Source of the DNA: the human T2T-CHM13v2.0 reference genome, Homo sapiens
DNA length: 64,000 bases
Direction: 5' to 3' (one strand)
NCBI RefSeq assembly: GCF_009914755.1
Contig: NC_060947.1
In this document: in pieces, positions 57,527 through 64,000 of the stretch
Numbering within the stretch: position 1 is the first letter of the stretch
Layout of the letters: each line of letters opens with the position of its first letter
Notes under the pieces: generated by a model
The model's input: the letters and a program-made list of their open reading frames with translations, nothing else
The model's database searches: none
Told to the model about the DNA's origin: nothing
Translations under genes and position numbers: made by a program

Positions 57527-58676
57527 GTCAAACCCTACTTTTATTTGAACATCTCCTTTATTTATACAACATACTCAGCGATGACCTAGAGAAATCAGAC
57601 ATGACCATTACACAAATGAACAGTGGAAGAACTCTAGTAGTTGCATATGTCCAAAACTGATATTTTCCTATGTAATTACACTTATTTAACATTTTGAGAA
57701 CCCAAAGAATATTAGTGCTGTGCATAATTATTTTCCTGTTTAAGTGATTAACTCTTCTAAAGTATACAAGATATGAGACACAAAACAGAATTGATGCATA
57801 AGATCTTAAATGAGATTCAATCCAAAGTGTCTTATCATCCTTTATTTTTTCCTGGGTGTAAACACAAGAGTTGAGAATTCTATAGTAAGTCAATGGAAGC
57901 AAGCCTTATTCCCTTTCAATTTCTAGAAAACATAGTTCAATTCTTTTCAGCCTGAATCACTGAAGCCTATCAAACGCTTGGCTAACAAAAAATTCAAGAT
58001 AATCAAAACCTGACTACTTTAATTGCTCTATACTCCCCTCCTCTGACCATCCTAATGGCTAAATAAAACTTGGAAACTCATAAGCTGAGGAAACACTTAC
58101 ACTCTCTCTCCAGTTCAGTTCTGCCACCTTTAATATATTGGCTTTTTGGCTGGTACTCATTTGAATTTTGCTTTGTTTACAAACTATTTTATTTCAAGAT
58201 GCATCAGTTTACCATTGGACTCAATGATTACTTAAACTTGGTTTTTGTTTCAGATTACATTCTTTTGGCTTTGATGAACTTTGTTTCACAGCACAGCATC
58301 ACAGCTGCACGGTGGCTGTTAAGAGATGCCCATTGCATTCTTGGTCTTCGGTTAACACCCAGCTCAAAAATTTCTCTTGCTTGACTGAAATAACAGTGTA
58401 ATTTACAGTGGAATTTGCCTTGCTACCACAGATCTAGGATCTTGTGTCCCTAGCACAACTACACCACACCTTCCTCTATTTTCAGTCCGCACAACTGGAA
58501 TTCTGCCTCAATTCAGCCTGACTTGTGCTCTACTATTCTACAGAGACTAAGTCCTAGATCAATGGACCATTTGCAGTGTTCACTTAAATACACTAGAGAA
58601 AGATGAATATCAATAAAACTGCCTGTCTCCCTTGTCAATATATGTAATCATGCTGTATATACTGATTACCCATTGA

Positions 58677-58999
58677 CAGTCAGCCCTCCATATCCATGGG
58701 TTCTGCATTCATGGATTCAACCAACCGCTGGTATTTGGAAACAAAGTTTCAGTTCTGAACGTGTACAGACTATTTCTTGTTATTATTCCCTAAGCAATAT
58801 AGTATAACAACAATTCACATAGGATTTATATTGTATTAGGTGTTATAAGTAATTTAGAAATGATTTAAAATATACGGGAGGATGTACATAGGTTATATGC
58901 AAATACTATGCCATTGTATATAAGGGACTTGAGCATTCATTAATGTTGGTATCTGTAGGGGTCTTGGAACAAGTGTTCTATAATATTAAGGGACAACGG
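58677..58999 (-). mobile_element. MER2 (TcMar-Tigger non-autonomous DNA transposon)
   Basis: Degenerate TIRs cagtcagccctc...gggacaacgg followed by TA; internal 'gggaggatgtacataggttatatgcaaatactatgccatt...agggacttgagcat'. Confidence 0.88.
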
Positions 59000-61684
59000 T
59001 ACTGTCTGCCTCATGTAATACCAATGCTGTACCCCTCTCACTAGATTGGATTTTCTTGGACGTTGATACCTGCCTTCACCAAATTCTGGTTTGAAACACC
59101 ATGGGGCACTGAGCCAGTCTTCTGCTCTTCCTTAGACGAGCCTCTTCTTTCTCCTGAGGAGCCTAGGTATTATACATTCTCAAGAGGTTTCATGTAGGAA
59201 CTCAGCTCAATTATGCACAGATGAGTACTTCTTGTAGTACCTACCTTTGCTCCATTTAATTCCCAACATTATCCAGGCTGTTCTCAGATTCATCTCCTGT
59301 GTTGATCTATCCTTCTGATCTCAATCTCCTTCCTCCATGAACTCTCCTTGCATCCCTTTAGAAGACTGACCTACAATTTTAATTCAGCATTCTCCAAAAT
59401 GCAAGAACTTAGTAAAATACTCCTGCATTTCTGATTCACGTTATCTATAAGAGTCAATTCAGGCATCTAGAGGAAAACTATGCAATTTAAACTATATAGA
59501 TTCCCTTCAATACTTGACCAAAATATCTTACTACAATCAAATCCTTTGAAAGAAATTACAAGTATGTTCAAGAGCATGGTATTATAATTAAAATATAGCC
59601 AAAAATCTGTGTTCTGAAAAAATCTGTATCAAAAGAAAAGATGATATCTAGACAAAAAAAGTGTTTTAATCTTCATAAATATATGAAGAAGAAAGCAAAT
59701 CCTTTGATTACTTTTACCAATACCTATACCTAACCACATGTTATGATAACTATGAGAAGTTTACACTTATTTTTTGTGAGGGTAATAAAATGCACAGGTA
59801 TTAAAAATATTTCATTAATTTTTATTGTTTTTGCTTAAGGTTATAAAAGCTGACATAGAGTTTTAAAAATTCATGTTATAATCAGAGATTCACCTTTCAA
59901 TCTCCCTCTCAAAAATGTAAGGTCAGGGTCTTCATCCACCTGGCAAATTTGTGATTCACCAATTTCATGAATCATCTGTTCTTTGAGGTTGCCTCTAGTT
60001 TATACTAAAATCACTGTACCTCATTTACATTTACCTCTAAAGGACTAATGATGTTGCACTGTTCCACCGAGCTTGATTTTAAAGTAGTAAAATACAATAA
60101 TAATTTTTAAAAAACTGACCATGATGAGATTTTCCTGACTTCATACTGATCCTCCTGTTACTTTTCTTCCTCTTCCTGTTTCTTTTTATATCATTTTTTG
60201 TTTTAATCTTGCCACACGTTTGTCACCCTACCTTTTCCTATATAACCCTGGCAATATGGATTTGAAAGCAAAATATCTTGAATCCTGAGTTTAAAAAATT
60301 ATTCTCTCTTAAATTTAGGGTAAGAAGTATATAGTATTTATAATACAATATGTTGTAGCTCAGCACAATGAAATATCAATTCACCATTCATTTATTAAAT
60401 TCTTATATATTTCATTCAACAATGTTTATTTTTGAGAGATCTTAAGAATGATAACTATTTATAGAAAAAGTTGAGGTAAGAGTAAGACACATAAAGAAAA
60501 AAATTGAAATTATGAAAGTAAGCAGAGAGAGGTGGTTGAGATTGGTACTCAGAATGATACTATTATTCCTGTGAGTTCAGTTATCTATTTTTCCATACTA
60601 CAGAAAATAGAAAATCTCAACCCTCACTTGAAAAAAACAATTTTAGAAAATGAGGGAAGAGTTCTATTTCCATAGCTCATTCTGCCTTTAAATAATCTAA
60701 TGTACCAATTAGTACAATTTGTAATGTGCACACCAGCTCACCAAGAGCTGCATTGACTAACATAACCAGTTTCTAATTTTATAGTTCCCCAAGCTGCATT
60801 AGAATGAGAGACATAAATGAACATAACTTGTTCTATTTTCTATTGCATTTTAAAAATATTTTTTTATCTAAATGATAACATTGTATATTCTTTTTTATAA
60901 TAATGCAAAACATTGAGCTCCATACTTCTCCATGTATTCATTATCTGGCAAATTACAGAGATAACTTGGAATATCAAAATATTTTTCAGTACTATTTTTC
61001 ACACATGGAGATATTCAAGTCGGCCTGGGTATTCTATTGATCACTTGGGGGAAACATGTCTATAAAACTAATGGGAAATAATTCTCACTGGGATGTAAAT
61101 AGGTGGTAATAACTTATTTCTAGTTGGAAATCATTTTTATCTTCCAAGATAGCAAGGTCGTATACATACCAATAACAATGGATAAAAGCTTCTCAGTACT
61201 TACATTAAGAATAATTCACCTGTCTGAATCAGAAGCATACAGACTATGTATTTTATTCCACCATTAAGATACTGGGGACATATTCAGTCAAGTTGGTAGT
61301 CAACGTTTTGTTCTTAATTAAAACTGTACTGAAAAGAAATTAAAACAAAAGATTTGTTGTGATTCACAACTACGAAAGTCTAGGCAACCTCTTTTTTCTG
61401 GTTTCAAGCAATAATACTTGTGCTATAGTGCAGTAAATTACATGCTGGTTAGAGTTCAGCCACTTAAGCCAAATTATTATATAGTTTACACTTGAGGATG
61501 AAAATCTAGAATGGCATTATGGCTTTAAATCTTCCCAATACAGAAAAAAAGATTTCTAACAAAAGAAATGTATGTAGATAAATTACCAACTTTGCATGCT
61601 GGAAATTTGTAATAACAATAGTTTCTGTCATACTGAGTAATATTTAGTAAATGTACTTGCATAAGGCTACTGTGTTCATAAACT

Positions 61685-61925
61685 ATTGTGTCCAAGTGCA
61701 TAGGCTCTGTCCTTAGAAGCTATGAGTTGAAATTCCGGCGCCGTCTACTTGGAAATTGTGTTACCCTAAGACAGTTTTAAAAATTCTCTGTGTGTTTGAT
61801 CCAACATCCAGAAACTGGGATGGTACCTACCTTACAGAGTAACTGCAGAATTATAAAAAATAATCCATGCAAAATGTTTGGAGGAATTCCTGACACATAA
61901 TAAAAACCAATAATTGTTAGGTATA
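61685..61925 (+). mobile_element. MIR
   Basis: 'gcataggctctg...tgtgttaccctaagacagtt...gggatggtacctaccttacagag...ataatccatgcaaaatg...cctgacacataata'. Confidence 0.8.
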
Positions 61926-63643
61926 TAATTTCAATCATTATTATTATCATTATCATTATTATTGATGTAGTTTTGTTGTTAGATAATGTGTTACTCACAG
62001 CTAAGATGTGGTGATTGACAAGAATAATTCTATAGCTGTTCTGGATTGCAGTTTTCTCAGAAATAGGTACTCTCTCCTTTCACCTAAAGGATTTCTGAGA
62101 ACTGATAAAGAACAGAAGTTCATAAGAAAAAATATGAGAAAACAACAACAGAAACCCAACAGACTTAAGTCACAGTAGCCTTGGAGAAGATACAGGCATA
62201 GAAATGAGATTTTTTAAAAGTCTAGAGATAAGCCTTCTGTCAGTCATATCTATCATTATAATGTAAGAAATAATAAATATAGAGCCATTCATGACTGCTG
62301 ATTCCAGGGAAAATTTGTTTTCATCATTCCTTACTTCTCCATTTCAATGATTTTTCTCCATACTACAATATCCCTTTTCTCACAGGTGTCCAAGAATCTC
62401 ACAAGGTTGATTACTCCTCTTAAGGAAATTGAGCTCTGGCGAACTACCTTGAACATATTGATGGCTTAGGTTATGAATCATCACAGGAATATTAAATGTT
62501 AAAATAAGAATTTCAGGTGATAAAATGCTTAATACAAAACAAAGAATTATCAAGAATGGCATTTCACTTCAATCAGGGATGTATTTTTAATGAGGAGCTT
62601 CCACAAGTGACTTAAGACCTACCTTTCAGCCAATTACCCTCAGCTTTCTTTCTACTGTGTTATATATTCCAGGAAACATGAAGAGGTCTCATATATATAT
62701 ATTAGGTCTCAATTTCTAAAATTTAAGACAAGAGATATATTCTAGATTCAGAGGGAGCAGGATTTATGTAGGTATATTTTCATTCAACTTTTAAATTAAT
62801 AAAATAAAAATATAAATGTTAAAAGATATAAAAACAATATCGTCAGTACAATCAATAAAAATGAAAAAAAAATCAATTCCAAAATAAAAGAATAAAGAGA
62901 AATAATGGAGAGTCTTTCTTTAAAAGTTTCTACATCTACATTAAAATATGCAAAATCTCTTAATTCTAACTTTACAATTGTAAGTTGCAACATAACCAGA
63001 AATGTATGACTAGATACTAATAAAAATTAAAATTAATAAGGGCATTTTGATTTTTATCCTACAAGTAAAATTGAATGTATCGGGCAGTTTTTTCATTGAA
63101 AAAATGTTAAATCTACCAGAAATACTTGGGATGAATAAGTATGCTTCATGGAAGCAGAAACTATAAATTGCATTCCATTCAAGTCCTCCACGGGATTGAC
63201 TCGGCACTGTCTGTCAGTTGTCTGTTTACACTGTATAATAAAACATATGTCTTCCAACAGACACAGCATAACTTCCTCTTATTCTCTCCAAACTAAATAA
63301 TAACCTTTGCTTTTACCAAATACTATTTTTAAATTACTGACTCTTGCATGTGCACAGTTGAAAAGGTCTGGCCTATTGGCTATGGAATTTTTATCTGGGG
63401 ATCACCAGTGGCCATTTTAATTGATTGTTTATATCTCAGCTGTAACCTAACCAGAAGTCATACTTTTTTTCCTTTTCAATAAAAAGTACCACACAGCATA
63501 TGAGGATACAACAGGCCACTATTCTTGGAAATATATTCATTCAGTAAGAAGCATTCTAAGCCAAAACACCCTCTTTCAACAGCCAAAGTTGAATAATCAT
63601 GTAAGTGGTCATTTTACATTTTCTGGAAATTAGATTGTCATGT

Positions 63644-64000
63644 TGCTATAGTATGGATGTTTGTCCCTGCCCAAATCTCATGTTGAATCATGTTGGAGGC
63701 GGAGCCTGGTGGGAGAAGTTTGGATCATGGGAGAGTATCCCTCATGAATGGCTTGGGCCATCTCCTTGGTAATAAGTGAGTTCTCACTTGAGTTCACCTG
63801 AAATCTGGTTGTTTAAAAGTGTGTGGCACCTCCCCGCCCCCACTCTCTCTCTCACTTGCTCCTGCTTTCAACATGTGACATGCCTGGCCCTCCTTCACCT
63901 ACTACCATGGTTGAAAGCTCCTTGAGGTTTCACCAGAAGCCAAGCAGATGCCAGCATCATGCTTCCTGTAAAGACAGAACTCAGAGTTAATTAAACCTCT
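63644..64000 (+). mobile_element. MaLR LTR, MSTB-like; runs off the window end
   Basis: 'tgctatagtatggatgtttgtccc...aaatctcatgttgaa...ccagaagccaagcagatgccagc...aattaaacctct'. Confidence 0.88.

Noticed and set aside
60380-60430. (CATT)n-like tract suggesting an L2 3' end
   Set aside because: Too short and degenerate to call by eye

Overview
Primate (human-like) genomic DNA with no recognisable host protein-coding gene. Positions 1-45.6 kb are almost entirely a multi-layer nest of retroelements: LINE-1s from old L1M to L1PA, 7 Alu pieces, a MER50 solo LTR, two THE1 MaLR proviruses and a 33-nt U2 snRNA retrocopy. Positions 45.6-64 kb are AT-rich and mostly unique, with MIRs, one Alu, a 2.5-kb L1PA2-like insertion, an 86-bp L1 micro-insertion, MER2 and an MSTB LTR. 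The ORF track consists of decayed L1 ORF1/ORF2 pieces and chance frames. I see no evidence for a novel biological system. The most interesting signals are records of retrotransposition mechanism: a twin-primed micro-L1, a truncated U2 retrocopy with TSD, an internally deleted L1, one ancient L1 spread over 30 kb, and monomer arrays in old L1 5' UTRs. Subfamily names come from recalled diagnostic motifs, not a database search. Boundaries of old elements are approximate.
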